From an uncultured Clostridia bacterium (lineage in GTDB: Bacteria; Bacillota; Clostridia; Christensenellales; UBA1242): 64,000 nucleotides of DNA. The notes below the pieces were generated by a model. It saw only the letters and a list, made by a program, of their open reading frames with translations, ran no database searches and was not told the DNA's origin. The stretch is from positions 27,288 through 91,287 of the forward strand of contig CALVJV010000009.1 of the NCBI GenBank assembly GCA_944332395.1. The letters run 5' to 3'. This document shows positions 20,299-31,013 of the stretch, piece after piece (positions within the stretch are counted from its first letter, which is position 1; each line of letters opens with the position of its first letter). The position numbers and the translations under genes are program-made.

Positions 20299-21783
20299 AT
20301 GAAAACAAAGCGCATAGGATCAATTACAGCTTGTGCATTATCTTTAATTTTTGTTTTATTGTTAGCTATTCCATTAGTAGGCTGTGGTTTTGACAAAACC
20401 GTTGATAGAGCTGCAAAAAATTTAAATAATTATGATATTGAGGCTGTTTTTTCAGATGAGGATAAAACTATTAAAGCAACAGAAATAGTCACAATAAAAA
20501 ATACCCACAAAGAAACAATGTCAACAATTAAGTTTCATCTTTATGGTAAAGCTTTTAGAGAAGATGCTAAAATTTTACCGTATACATATACTTCAACGAG
20601 TAAATGTTTTCCAAATGGTATTAGTTACGGAGATATGCAAATAAATTCGGTATATGAAGGTGAAAATCCTTTGAATTTTAGCTATTCTGGACAAGATAAT
20701 AACATACTTGTAATTGATAAATCATTAAAAAAAAATGAGTCTACAAAAATTATAATTCAATTTGAACTAAAATTAGCCGAATGTATTCATAGACTTGGTT
20801 GGTTTGGGGACGCAGTTAATCTTGGCAATTGGTATCCTATACTTTGTATATTTGAAAACGGTGAATTTGTTTGTGATCCATATTATTCTATTGGGGATCC
20901 ATTTTATAGTGAATGTTCTAATTATAAAGTTAAATTTACTTTTAACTCACAGTATAAGGTTGCGACTACTGGTCAGATAAAAAATGAGAAAATTGAACAA
21001 AATTTAACGACTGTTCAAGTTGAAGCAAAAGCAGTACGCGACTTTTGTATTGCTTTAAATAAAAATTTCGAGGTTGTTTCTGGAAAAGTTGGGGAAACAG
21101 AAATTAATTATTTTGGATACATTAATGACACAGACATTGAAAAAAACTTAAAAACTGCAAAACTTGCATTAAGCACTTTTAATAGTATATTTGGCACATA
21201 TCCTTATAGGACCCTTAATGTTGTAAAGACTCCTTTTCTTTTTGGAGGTATGGAATACCCAAACACTGTTTGGATTGCCGATAATATTAGTGATGATTTT
21301 GAATTAACAAAGGTAATTGTTCATGAAATTGCACATCAGTGGTGGTATGGTTTGGTTGGAAATAATGAAGTAAAATATTCGTATATAGACGAGGCATTAG
21401 CCGAATATTCTACAATTTTGTTTTTTGAAAAAAACGAAAGCTTTGGAATAACTAGGCAAAAATTAGTTCAAGAAAATGCATTAAGCTATCAATTATATGC
21501 TGAAGTAATTGATTCGATCGGAGGTACTATTAATGATAAGCTTAATCAATCTGTTATAGAATTTCAGTCAGAGTTTGAATATGCATATGTGGTATATGTG
21601 AGGGGTTCGTTATTTATGGATGCTTTGAGAGACAAAATAGGAGATAAAGCATTTAATAATGCATTAAAAAGTTATTTTAAAAAATATAAGTTTTTAGTGG
21701 CTGATAGAAATGCGTTATTAAAATGTTTTAATAAAGCGGCTGGAGACGATTTAACTGATTTTTTTGAAGAATGGAAGGCATAA
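20299..21783 (+). CDS. M1-family zinc metallopeptidase lipoprotein
   Basis: Lipobox LVGC after the signal peptide. Gluzincin motif HEIAHQWWYG followed by IDEALAEY (HEXXH-X18-E). Confidence 0.85.
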   Translation: MKTKRIGSITACALSLIFVLLLAIPLVGCGFDKTVDRAAKNLNNYDIEAVFSDEDKTIKATEIVTIKNTHKETMSTIKFHLYGKAFREDAKILPYTYTSTSKCFPNGISYGDMQINSVYEGENPLNFSYSGQDNNILVIDKSLKKNESTKIIIQFELKLAECIHRLGWFGDAVNLGNWYPILCIFENGEFVCDPYYSIGDPFYSECSNYKVKFTFNSQYKVATTGQIKNEKIEQNLTTVQVEAKAVRDFCIALNKNFEVVSGKVGETEINYFGYINDTDIEKNLKTAKLALSTFNSIFGTYPYRTLNVVKTPFLFGGMEYPNTVWIADNISDDFELTKVIVHEIAHQWWYGLVGNNEVKYSYIDEALAEYSTILFFEKNESFGITRQKLVQENALSYQLYAEVIDSIGGTINDKLNQSVIEFQSEFEYAYVVYVRGSLFMDALRDKIGDKAFNNALKSYFKKYKFLVADRNALLKCFNKAAGDDLTDFFEEWKA

Positions 21784-21821
21784 TTGTTTTGGAAAAGTTT
21801 TAAAAGTGCTATAATGCTTTT

Positions 21822-22592
21822 ATGGAAGTTTGTTGTTTAGCTAGCGGTAGTCATGGAAATTCTACTTTTTTATCAACCGGATTAACTAATATTTTGATAG
21901 ATTGTGGTTTATGTTTGAAGGATATAGAAAGTAAACTTTATATGATCAAAAAAGAACCTAAAAATATCAATGCGATATTTATTACACATGAACATAAGGA
22001 TCATATTTCTGGAATAGTTGCTTTTGCAAAAAAATATAATTGCCTAGTTTTTTTACATGATAAAATATTTAGTGAGTGCTCTTTTATGTTTGCGCAAATT
22101 TTAAGTAATGTTAAGATTTTTGGTACAAATGATTTTTACTTTCAAGATTTGACGGTTTCTCCATTTGAACTAATACATGATTCGGTTTTTTGTGTGGGAT
22201 TTTCTTTTTACTGTCAAGGGAAAAAGGTTTCAATTGCCACAGATACTGGAATTTTACCAAAACAAGCATTAATGGCAATGCAGGGTAGTGATTTGGCTTT
22301 AATTGAGGCTAATCATGATGTCAAAATGTTGATATATGGTCCGTACAATGCCAGGTTGAAAAAGCGAATTGCAAGCGATGAAGGGCATTTGTCAAACGAG
22401 GATGCTGCAAAAATAATTGTGGAATTGGCGAGAATGGGAACAAGAAAATTTGTATTATGTCACTTATCGCTTGAAAACAACACAGAGAAAATAGCCTTAT
22501 TCACGGTTAATAATGCATTAATTGAAGCGGGTTACGAAGGAATTGTTGAATGTGCCCAACAATATAACATTACTAAAATATTTAATTTGTGA
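21822..22592 (+). CDS. MBL-fold metallo-hydrolase (YycJ/WalJ-like)
   Basis: The N-terminus LASGSHGNSTF and the metal motif THEHKDH are colinear with YycJ-type beta-lactamase-fold proteins. Confidence 0.8.
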   Translation: MEVCCLASGSHGNSTFLSTGLTNILIDCGLCLKDIESKLYMIKKEPKNINAIFITHEHKDHISGIVAFAKKYNCLVFLHDKIFSECSFMFAQILSNVKIFGTNDFYFQDLTVSPFELIHDSVFCVGFSFYCQGKKVSIATDTGILPKQALMAMQGSDLALIEANHDVKMLIYGPYNARLKKRIASDEGHLSNEDAAKIIVELARMGTRKFVLCHLSLENNTEKIALFTVNNALIEAGYEGIVECAQQYNITKIFNL

Positions 22593-22598
22593 GGATTT

Positions 22599-23624
22599 AT
22601 GCAAAACAAAAAATATAACATTCTTTTTGATGGGAAAAAGTCGTTTACATTTACAGATGCTGGAATTGGAGAGTTTATTTATATCATTTTAGAAAAATTG
22701 CTGATAATGATTCTAAGCTTAATAATTGGTTTGGGCATCCCAAAACATACAAGTTTAGGTTACATTTTCTCGTTCTTGGTTGAATTGGGATTTTTGGCTA
22801 CGGTTTTTATTGTGGCAAGAGCAAATAGAACTGCGGTTTTTTATGCTGTAAAACTCAATAATAAAATTACATTAAAACAGGTGGGGGTTATTTGCATTAT
22901 TTGTGTGTTGGCTCTTTTTGGGTTTTCACCGATAACCAATTCTTTTGTTTCGTTCTTAACAAATATTGGATATAGTTCTGATCTTGGTATTTCAGTTAAC
23001 ACTTGGGGTCAGTATATTTTGTTTATATTTTTAATGGCTATAGTTCCAGCGGTTTGTGAAGAATTCTTATTTAGAGGATTAATCTACCAGGGATTGAAAA
23101 AGTGGAATCAAATTGGTGCGATTTTTTTGTCAGCTTTGTTTTTTATGTTAATGCATGGAACACCAGATCAAACTATTCACCAATTTTTATTGGGAATCAT
23201 ACTAGCATTAGTTTTTTCTGCAACTGGTTCAATTTGGGCTCCAATTTTGCTTCACTTTTTAAACAATTTTGTTGCTTTGACTATAAATTTTATATCTAAT
23301 ATGTCTTCAACATCTGAAACTTTACAAAATGAAATATCCGAGGCGAGCAAAACACCTTGGGGTGAATTGGCCATGTATTTTATTTATTCGGTTATTATAG
23401 CGGCGGTTGCTGGTATTGCTATATGGTATCTGATTAGATATATAAATGAAAATAAATCCAAATATGTCAATAATGATATTCAAAATGGAGAAGAAAGCTT
23501 ACAAAGTTTTGAAGAAGACTTTTCAAGTGATTCTTCAAGAAAGCTTTCAATTACGCTCTTTATTCTTTCAGGGGTTTGGTTGGTCATTGAATGGATTATG
23601 GCATTAATTAATGGAATAAATTAA
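22599..23624 (+). CDS. CPBP family intramembrane glutamic endopeptidase
   Basis: Polytopic membrane protein with EEFLFRG, FMLMHG and HFLNNF motifs. Confidence 0.8.
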   Translation: MQNKKYNILFDGKKSFTFTDAGIGEFIYIILEKLLIMILSLIIGLGIPKHTSLGYIFSFLVELGFLATVFIVARANRTAVFYAVKLNNKITLKQVGVICIICVLALFGFSPITNSFVSFLTNIGYSSDLGISVNTWGQYILFIFLMAIVPAVCEEFLFRGLIYQGLKKWNQIGAIFLSALFFMLMHGTPDQTIHQFLLGIILALVFSATGSIWAPILLHFLNNFVALTINFISNMSSTSETLQNEISEASKTPWGELAMYFIYSVIIAAVAGIAIWYLIRYINENKSKYVNNDIQNGEESLQSFEEDFSSDSSRKLSITLFILSGVWLVIEWIMALINGIN

Positions 23625-23668
23625 TGTAACACTTTTATTTTGTTCTGCATATATTATTATATAAGCAC

Positions 23669-24529
23669 ATGAAACATGGGTATCAATGGCTAAAGAAGCA
23701 ACTTAAAAAGCTTAAAAAAAAAGGTGCCAACATTAAAACAGTAGGGAAATCTGTTTTAGGAAGAAACATCTATGCCATTGAAATTGGCGAAGGCCCTGTA
23801 ATATTGATTCAGTATGGAATTCATGCTAGAGAATATGTTACCTGTGATCTTGCTATACTACATGCAAAAATGTTATTGCAGTTAAATTCTTGCAATATTA
23901 AATATGTGCTTGTGCCTATGGCAAACCCCGACGGAACCGAACTTGCTCTTTTTGGAATAAAAAGGAGTGGTTGTTGGAGAAAATGGTTAAAACTAAATTT
24001 TAAAAATTTTGATTTCTCGCTTTGGAAAGCAAATGTTAAAGGAGTTGACTTAAACAACAACTTTGATGCAGAGTTTAGAAAACATTCTTCAAGTTCGGTT
24101 CCTAGTTGCCAGGGCTATTGTGGACCATATCCATTAAGCGAACCAGAAACTAGATGTCTTGTTCGACTTTGTTATTTATATAAACCTTGTTTGACTTTAA
24201 GTTTTCATACAAAGGGAGAAGAAATTTATTTTGATTTTTTCCAATCTCACCGAAATAGAATAAGAGACAATAAAATTGCAAATCTATTTGCTCAGGATTT
24301 TGGATACAAAATAAAATTTACACAAGATATAAGTTCTGGTGGATTTAAAGATTGGTGTGTTTCCACTCTTGGGATTCCAAGTTTGACTATTGAACTAGCT
24401 AATGATTCGCTTTCGCATCCAATAAAAAGCAAATATGCAAAAGAACTATATTTGAAAACTAAAAATTTAAATTTGTTATGCAAAAAGGCCTTAATTATTG
24501 CAAAAACGGACAATAAGAGTTCAACTTAG
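23669..24529 (+). CDS. M14 family zinc carboxypeptidase (gamma-D-glutamyl-meso-diaminopimelate peptidase-like)
   Basis: GKSVLGRNIYAIEIG, GIHAREYVT (HxxE zinc site), NPDG and SFHTKGEEIY. The gene ends in TAG. Confidence 0.8.
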   Translation: MKHGYQWLKKQLKKLKKKGANIKTVGKSVLGRNIYAIEIGEGPVILIQYGIHAREYVTCDLAILHAKMLLQLNSCNIKYVLVPMANPDGTELALFGIKRSGCWRKWLKLNFKNFDFSLWKANVKGVDLNNNFDAEFRKHSSSSVPSCQGYCGPYPLSEPETRCLVRLCYLYKPCLTLSFHTKGEEIYFDFFQSHRNRIRDNKIANLFAQDFGYKIKFTQDISSGGFKDWCVSTLGIPSLTIELANDSLSHPIKSKYAKELYLKTKNLNLLCKKALIIAKTDNKSST

Positions 24530-24550
24530 CTTGAACTCTTTTTGTTTTTT
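24515..24550 (+). terminator. rho-independent terminator after the M14 peptidase gene
   Basis: AAGAGTTCAA (24515-24524), loop CTTAGC, TTGAACTCTT (24531-24540), followed by a T-rich run. The stop codon lies in the loop. Confidence 0.6.
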
Positions 24551-24565
24551 TGATACAATTTCAGT

Positions 24566-25015
24566 ATGTTAAACAAGCAAGAGACTATGCAGGTTGCTTT
24601 AAAACTTGCAATAAAAGCCTATAGACATGGGGAAGTCCCAGTAGGGGCAGTTGTTGTAAAAGATGGTATGATTGTTTCAACTGGTTATAATTCTAGAGAA
24701 TCAAAAAAGAATGCAATTTGGCATGCAGAGATGATTGCAATTGACAAGGCGTGTAAAAAATTAAGAAGCTGGCGTTTGAATGATTGTGAATTGTTTGTTA
24801 CATTAGAACCATGTATGATGTGTATTGGGGCTTGTGCGAATGCTAGAATAAAAAAAGTTTATTTTGGAGCATATTCTAATGATAGTAAGTTAAAAGATGT
24901 TCCTTCAATTTCAATTTTAAATCATAATGTAAATTTAGAAGGTGGAATTTATCAAAAAGAATGCGAAAATCTTATAAAAAAGTTTTTTGAAGAAAGAAGA
25001 AATGTTAAAAATTGA
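24566..25015 (+). CDS. tadA: tRNA adenosine(34) deaminase
   Basis: CDA-fold zinc motifs HAEMIAI and PCMMCIGA. There is an alternative in-frame ATG at 24587. Confidence 0.9.
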   Translation: MLNKQETMQVALKLAIKAYRHGEVPVGAVVVKDGMIVSTGYNSRESKKNAIWHAEMIAIDKACKKLRSWRLNDCELFVTLEPCMMCIGACANARIKKVYFGAYSNDSKLKDVPSISILNHNVNLEGGIYQKECENLIKKFFEERRNVKN

Positions 25016-25040
25016 CTTTTTTGTTTTTTTTCTTTACAAT
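25012..25040 (+). promoter_or_regulatory. sigma-A type promoter for pth-mfd
   Basis: TTGACT (25012-25017), 17 nt, TACAAT (25035-25040). SD GGAGGA lies before ATG 25058. Confidence 0.5.
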
Positions 25041-25057
25041 TAACTATTGGAGGAAGT

Positions 25058-25606
25058 ATGTTTTTAATTGTTGGATTAGGAAATGTTGGCGAGATCTATA
25101 AAAATACTTTTCATAATGTTGGATTTTTAGTAATTGATAAACTAAGAAATAAATTTGGTATAGTCAATGAAAAAAAAGAATTTGATGCACTTGTTTCTAG
25201 TTGCAAAGTCGGAAAAGAAAAATTAGTGTTTGCAAAACCAACTACATTTATGAACAATAGTGGAATTGCAGTTAGAAGGCTTAAAGATTTTTATAAGCCT
25301 GATACAATCATTATTGTTCATGATGATTTAGATTTGCCATCGGGCACAATTAGAATTAGAACCAAGGGCAGTGCAGGAACGCATAATGGAATGAAAAGCG
25401 TCTTGCAAGAAATTAATGATGAGTCTTTTGTAAGAGTTAGGGTTGGAATAGATAATATAAAGAAATTAGATTTGGCGGATTTTGTTTTGTCAAACATTCC
25501 AAAGGATTCAAAAACATGGTTGGGAATTGATTTGGCGACTATGGCAATTGAAGAATTAATAAATATGACACCTATTGATAAAGTGAGTGCAAAATATAGT
25601 AAATGA
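25058..25606 (+). CDS. pth: peptidyl-tRNA hydrolase
   Basis: LIVGLGNVGEIYKNTFHNVGF and the GSAGTHNGMKS motif. Confidence 0.93.
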   Translation: MFLIVGLGNVGEIYKNTFHNVGFLVIDKLRNKFGIVNEKKEFDALVSSCKVGKEKLVFAKPTTFMNNSGIAVRRLKDFYKPDTIIIVHDDLDLPSGTIRIRTKGSAGTHNGMKSVLQEINDESFVRVRVGIDNIKKLDLADFVLSNIPKDSKTWLGIDLATMAIEELINMTPIDKVSAKYSK

Positions 25607-28600
25607 TTAAAGATTTTTTTAAGCTTTCAGAATTAAGCAAACAATTTTATGATATGAAGGTTAGTCTGTTAGAAGGGAAAAATGTTTCGTGCTTTGGTGC
25701 GAACATAACCGAAAAGATACTTTTTGCCGCAGAATTAGACAGACCAATTTTTTTTATTACATCTGATTTAATTTCCGCAAAAAAAATTTTTGAATTGGCT
25801 TGTCAAGTATTTGGCGAGCAAGTTTTACTTTTACCAGAAGGCCCAGATGTTCTTATATACAAACATGCCCAGTCTAAAGAAAATTTTTTTATACGAACAA
25901 AAACTCTAGTTAAAATGGCGCAAAACCAAGCAAAATTTGTGGTATGTCCAATTGATGCGATGTCATCACTTTGTCCCAAACCAGAGTTGTTAAAAAAAAG
26001 TATAATTAATTTATCTAAAGATAGTAATTATGTATTAAGCGATTTAGTTTTTTTATTGCAAAAAATCGGATACCGAAGAGAAAATATGGTTGATGCACCG
26101 GGTCAATTTTCTTTAAGAGGAGATATATTAGATATTTTTCCAGTCATGAGTGAATTGCCATATCGTATAGATTTTTTTGATAATCAAATTGAAAAAATAT
26201 GTTTATTTGATATAAATACTCAAAAAATATGCGATGAAGTTGAGCAAATTGATATTGTTCCGTTAACTAACTTATTAATACAAAATCAGGATAAAGTAGA
26301 ATTATTAAATTCAATTACTAGAAAAATTAATAATTCAAAATTGGACTTTGTATCCTGTTTGGAACAAATAAAATTTAAACTTGAAACCAATATATCGGAT
26401 TATTCATTAGATTTTTGTATTCCATTAATTGAAGAAAAGTTCACCAATATTTTTGAGTATATAAGCCCTAATACTGTTTTTTTATTTGATGAATGTAAAT
26501 TAATTTTTGATGAATTAAATTCGCATTTTAAGGAGTTTTTGTCAAGAAAAGAAAGCCTAAAGCGATCAGAAATGATATTAGATGAGAACAATTTAGGAAT
26601 ATTTGATAACTGCCGTTTATTGAATATGTTAAAAAATTACAATTGTTTGGGTTTTCTTAAGTTGACGACAGACAACAAACTTTTTAAAACAGATTTTGCT
26701 GTTTCGGTAAAAAGTTCTTCTGTTATGAGATACACATACAATTATTTAGAACTGTCGAAGGCAATTGAATCATGGCATGGTAGTAGTTTTTTGGTTTATA
26801 TTTTTGGTGGAGATATTGAAAAATCAAAACAAATTCAGAAAAATCTTGAAAATTATAATGTTTTTTTAGACTTATTTGATAAAAAAAATAAATTAAGTGA
26901 AAAAAGCCTGATTTTTCCATACGAGCTTTCATCTGGGTTTATATTGCCTCAAGATAAGATTGTGGTTCTTGGGACTTATGATGTTTTGCCAAAGAAAAAA
27001 AGTGTGATGATGGCAACGAGGGAGAGCGTTTTTTCTATCCCTAAAATTGGTGATTATGTTGTACATGAAATTCATGGCATTGGAATTTGTGAAGGTATTA
27101 CCAAATTAACTGGAAACTTTGGAACAAAAGATTTTATTGTGGTTAGATATAGAGGGGATGATAAATTATACGTTCCGATTGATCAGGTGGATTTATTAGA
27201 AAAATTTAGTGGAGCCGAATCGCCACTTAGATTATCTAGAATTGGTGGGGTTGAATTTGCTGGCGTAAAAGAAAAAGTAAGATCAAGCATAAGAAAAATG
27301 GCTTTTGATTTATTAAAGTTATACGCCGAGAGAGAAAGTAAAAAGGGATTTAGATTTCCTAATGACGATGCGTTACAATTGGAGTTTGAAAATGCTTTTC
27401 CATATATTGAAACTGAGGATCAATTAACAAGTTTATCAGAAATAAAAAGAGATATGCAGTCAGATAAAGTTATGGATAGATTGTTGTGTGGCGATGTTGG
27501 TTTTGGGAAAACTGAAGTTGCGTTTAGAGCCGCATTTAAAGCTGTAATGGCTTCCAAGCAAGTTGTCTTTTTGGCACCGACCACAATTCTATCCGAGCAA
27601 CATTTTAAATCTGCAGTGCAGAGATTTAAAAATTTTGGCGTGAATTTAGCTGTCATTAATAGATTTAAGCCAAGTGCCCAAGTAAAAACTATATTAAAAC
27701 AATTAAAAAATGGAGAAATTGATATATTGTTTGGGACTCATCGAGTTTTGTCAAAAGATGTAATATTCAAGGATCTGGGCTTAATTATTTTAGATGAGGA
27801 ACAAAAATTTGGAGTGGAAGATAAAGAAAAGTTGAAATTACTAAAAAATAATGTTGATGTTTTATCTTTATCAGCGACACCAATACCCAGAACATTAAAT
27901 ATGTCTATGTCTGGCATTCGTGACATTTCTATAATTTCTACACCGCCAATGGACAGATTGCCTATTCAAACATTTGTGACTGAAGAAGATGATTCAATTA
28001 TAAAAGATGCCATCGATAGGGAAATAATGCGTGGCGGTCAAGTGTTTTTTGTTTATAATAGGGTTGAATCAATTGAGCAAAAAGCTGAAAAAATTCGAAA
28101 ATTATGTCCTCAAGCTAAAATAGTTGTTGGACATGGTCAGCTACCTGCTCATCAACTAGAAAGCGTTATTTACGAATTTAATGTTGGTAGAGCAGATATT
28201 TTAATTTGTACTACAATTATTGAAAATGGTATTGATATTGCAAATGCTAATACTTTGCTTGTTCATGATTCTGATAAATTTGGTTTATCTCAGTTATATC
28301 AAATTAGAGGAAGAGTGGGCCGTGGAAATAGGGTAGCTTATGCTTATTTTTTATATAATCCAAGTAAAATATTAACAGAAGATGCTCAAAAAAGATTAGA
28401 TGCCATTAGTGAATTTACAGAGTTTGGTAGTGGATTTAAAGTAGCAATGCGTGATTTAGAAATTAGAGGGAGTGGCAATATTTTGGGGAAAGAACAACAT
28501 GGACATTTGCAAAAAGTTGGATATGATTTGTATTGCAAAATTCTTGCTGAAGAAATTGCTAAATTGAAAAATGGTGATTTTGAAAAGAGTTCCGAAGTAA

Positions 28601-29040
28601 TAATTAAAATTGATGTTGATGCCTTTATTCCTAAAACATATATAGAAAATGATTCTGCAAGGATTATTGCATATAAAAATATTTCTTACATAAAAACAAA
28701 ACAAGATAGAGACAAGTTGTATTTTGAATTTAAAGATGGATTTGGCGAACCACCGCAACCCGTAGTAAATATTTTGGAAATTGCATTAATTAAAAGTATG
28801 GCCAGAATTTTGGGAATTATCGAAGTAATTAGTTCGCCTAATGAAGTAAAATTTGTTTTTGAAAAAGGTAAAATTTTGATGGAAGAAATTGCCGTTGCAG
28901 TTTCAAAATTTAGAGATATTGCAAGTTTAGAAATGAATGAAATAAATGCGGTTAAATTAAGAGCCGTTGGCTATTCTCCTTTAAAAAGATTAGATTTGGT
29001 TAAAGAATTTTTAAATTGTGCGTCTAGTGCAAAAAAATAA
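25603..29040 (+). CDS. mfd: transcription-repair coupling factor
   Basis: ATGA overlap with pth. CarD-like RNAP-interacting domain (GDYVVHEIHGIG), SF2 helicase motifs GDVGFGKTEVA / LDEEQKFG / SATPIPRT, and the C-terminal TRG region. Confidence 0.95.
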   Translation: MIKDFFKLSELSKQFYDMKVSLLEGKNVSCFGANITEKILFAAELDRPIFFITSDLISAKKIFELACQVFGEQVLLLPEGPDVLIYKHAQSKENFFIRTKTLVKMAQNQAKFVVCPIDAMSSLCPKPELLKKSIINLSKDSNYVLSDLVFLLQKIGYRRENMVDAPGQFSLRGDILDIFPVMSELPYRIDFFDNQIEKICLFDINTQKICDEVEQIDIVPLTNLLIQNQDKVELLNSITRKINNSKLDFVSCLEQIKFKLETNISDYSLDFCIPLIEEKFTNIFEYISPNTVFLFDECKLIFDELNSHFKEFLSRKESLKRSEMILDENNLGIFDNCRLLNMLKNYNCLGFLKLTTDNKLFKTDFAVSVKSSSVMRYTYNYLELSKAIESWHGSSFLVYIFGGDIEKSKQIQKNLENYNVFLDLFDKKNKLSEKSLIFPYELSSGFILPQDKIVVLGTYDVLPKKKSVMMATRESVFSIPKIGDYVVHEIHGIGICEGITKLTGNFGTKDFIVVRYRGDDKLYVPIDQVDLLEKFSGAESPLRLSRIGGVEFAGVKEKVRSSIRKMAFDLLKLYAERESKKGFRFPNDDALQLEFENAFPYIETEDQLTSLSEIKRDMQSDKVMDRLLCGDVGFGKTEVAFRAAFKAVMASKQVVFLAPTTILSEQHFKSAVQRFKNFGVNLAVINRFKPSAQVKTILKQLKNGEIDILFGTHRVLSKDVIFKDLGLIILDEEQKFGVEDKEKLKLLKNNVDVLSLSATPIPRTLNMSMSGIRDISIISTPPMDRLPIQTFVTEEDDSIIKDAIDREIMRGGQVFFVYNRVESIEQKAEKIRKLCPQAKIVVGHGQLPAHQLESVIYEFNVGRADILICTTIIENGIDIANANTLLVHDSDKFGLSQLYQIRGRVGRGNRVAYAYFLYNPSKILTEDAQKRLDAISEFTEFGSGFKVAMRDLEIRGSGNILGKEQHGHLQKVGYDLYCKILAEEIAKLKNGDFEKSSEVIIKIDVDAFIPKTYIENDSARIIAYKNISYIKTKQDRDKLYFEFKDGFGEPPQPVVNILEIALIKSMARILGIIEVISSPNEVKFVFEKGKILMEEIAVAVSKFRDIASLEMNEINAVKLRAVGYSPLKRLDLVKEFLNCASSAKK

Positions 29041-29069
29041 TTGCAATAATTAAAAAAGTCTAGTATAAT
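29041..29069 (+). promoter_or_regulatory. sigma-A type promoter
   Basis: TTGCAA (29041-29046), 17 nt, TATAAT (29064-29069). SD GAGAGG lies before ATG 29094. Confidence 0.5.
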
Positions 29070-29093
29070 ATTGAAAGTTTGAGAGGCATATAA

Positions 29094-30947
29094 ATGAGAA
29101 ATAAATTTTTAAGTGTTTTAGTATGTTTGCTTTTGGTCGCTCCTATTTTTGTGGGCTGTAGCTTGTACAAGAAAGATGATTCTAAAACTGCATCTAATGT
29201 AGCTATAAGAATTGGAGACGAGGTTATTACAAGGGAAGAGATTCAAAATGCTTATACCACTTATTATAATTACGGATATGGCTATATGTATGATCAAGAT
29301 CAATTAATGGATATGGTTGTAAAATCTTTAGTCAATCAAAAATTGGGTTTGATAGTCGCAAAAAAGATTATTGTAATAACTGAAGAGAATTTTGACGAAA
29401 TAATAGAAAAAATAGAAGAGTCTTTAAAAGGTGAAATTGACGAAAGAGAAAGAGCAATTTATGAAAAGGCTGGCGAAATTGTGCCAGAACGTATTTGTGA
29501 TGATACTAATTGTGATGAGCCTTCTCATAATCATGAGGAAGAAGAAACCTCTTCACCTTATAATCCTTATGAATCGGTGATTTTAACTCCAACACCAGAG
29601 AACGAGATTGAGATTACTGAACAATTAAAACTTTCTAAAATTAGTGATTTTATTGCTGAGCTTAAAACTGAGTGTAAACAATATGCATCTAGGTTTACAG
29701 CACTTAATCAGTATATTGCGGAGTTAGTTCAGGTTGAAGAAGTTAAAGGAAATAAAGTTTATAAAGAACAGGCATTTCAAAATAAAATAGATGAAATGGT
29801 TGAATATTACATGGATCAGAAATATGTTGAGAAATTGCAAGAATATGTAGAATCAAGAATTGAAATTTCTGATCAAGAGATTTTAGAAAAATTTACAGAA
29901 TTGGTTAACAAAGAAAAACAAACTTATGCTGGAAATACTTTTGCAGATGCATATGAAGATTCTCAAAGCAAGAATATGTTTTTATTTTACGGATATGAAA
30001 ATATAGATGAAGATGGCGAATTTGCTGAAAATGGATATATTAGGGTTCAACATTTACTAATTCAGTATAGTGACTTAGTGAAAGCTGATTTGGCAAAATT
30101 GCCAGGTTATGGTATTAGCGAAAAAGAATATAGATACCATTTAGGTCAACAATGGTTGGATACTTCGACGCCCGAGGAACCTCATACTATAGAGAATGCG
30201 AAAGACTATATGTGGTTTCCCGAAACCGACGAAGATAAAAATGAAGTGGCTACTTTTATCTCACAAGATGAATGGTTGTCGTACATTAACATTAGAAATT
30301 CTTATTTAAATTCATTGACGACGACATATCTAGATCCAGAAACGGGCAAAAAAGTTGTTGATGAAGATGGCGTAGAGTTGACGAAAACGTTAGAAGAAGT
30401 GTTACAAGAAATTAATGAGGTTGCAAATTGGGTTGCTCAAGACGGAGAATCTCAAGCTCAATTAATGGCTAGAAAGGCTCAAGAATTTAGAAAACTTATG
30501 TATATTTATGGGTCTGATGAGGGAATGTTTCAAGTTGGATATACTACGGAAATATTGGGGTATTCGTTGCCTGCAGATCAGACAAAGTTATCCAGTGAAA
30601 TTGGTAACAATGCAAGTGGTTTTGTTGGAGAATTTGTAGTTGCGGCTTATGATTTGTATAATTCTTCTAAACTAATTAGTGATAGCGCTGTATTAACAGA
30701 CCATGGAGCGCATATTTTGTTGAATTTAGGAAAGACAAATGCTGGAGTGGTTTGTGAAAACAACATAGAATCTATGAAAGAAACTCTCTTAAGTTTGTCT
30801 TATGGCGAAACCGTTTACGATTATGTTTATTCTATTATTTTAGAAGAAAAAACGAATTCTGCTTATAGTGACTATTTAATTGAGATGAAAAAAGAATTAA
30901 ACAATGAAATTGAATACATTTTATCTAGTTATGAAGAAATATTTTAA
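29094..30947 (+). CDS. lipoprotein, divergent SurA/PrsA-like foldase (parvulin-like elements)
   Basis: Lipobox FVGC. SurA-N-like start (IRIGDEVITREEIQNAY). Parvulin-like elements RVQHLLIQ ... GEFVVAAYDL ... LTDHGAHILL are separated by a long insert. The position after mfd is typical of prsA-like genes in clostridial genomes. Confidence 0.45.
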   Translation: MRNKFLSVLVCLLLVAPIFVGCSLYKKDDSKTASNVAIRIGDEVITREEIQNAYTTYYNYGYGYMYDQDQLMDMVVKSLVNQKLGLIVAKKIIVITEENFDEIIEKIEESLKGEIDERERAIYEKAGEIVPERICDDTNCDEPSHNHEEEETSSPYNPYESVILTPTPENEIEITEQLKLSKISDFIAELKTECKQYASRFTALNQYIAELVQVEEVKGNKVYKEQAFQNKIDEMVEYYMDQKYVEKLQEYVESRIEISDQEILEKFTELVNKEKQTYAGNTFADAYEDSQSKNMFLFYGYENIDEDGEFAENGYIRVQHLLIQYSDLVKADLAKLPGYGISEKEYRYHLGQQWLDTSTPEEPHTIENAKDYMWFPETDEDKNEVATFISQDEWLSYINIRNSYLNSLTTTYLDPETGKKVVDEDGVELTKTLEEVLQEINEVANWVAQDGESQAQLMARKAQEFRKLMYIYGSDEGMFQVGYTTEILGYSLPADQTKLSSEIGNNASGFVGEFVVAAYDLYNSSKLISDSAVLTDHGAHILLNLGKTNAGVVCENNIESMKETLLSLSYGETVYDYVYSIILEEKTNSAYSDYLIEMKKELNNEIEYILSSYEEIF

Positions 30948-30949
30948 AA

Positions 30950-30974
30950 TTGGCGACATTTGTCGCCTTTTTTC
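30950..30974 (+). terminator. rho-independent terminator
   Basis: GGCGAC (30952-30957), loop ATTT, GTCGCC (30962-30967), then TTTTTT. Confidence 0.7.
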
Positions 30975-31013
30975 TTGACCCTTTTGTTTTTATTTTGTTA
31001 TATTATATTATCT

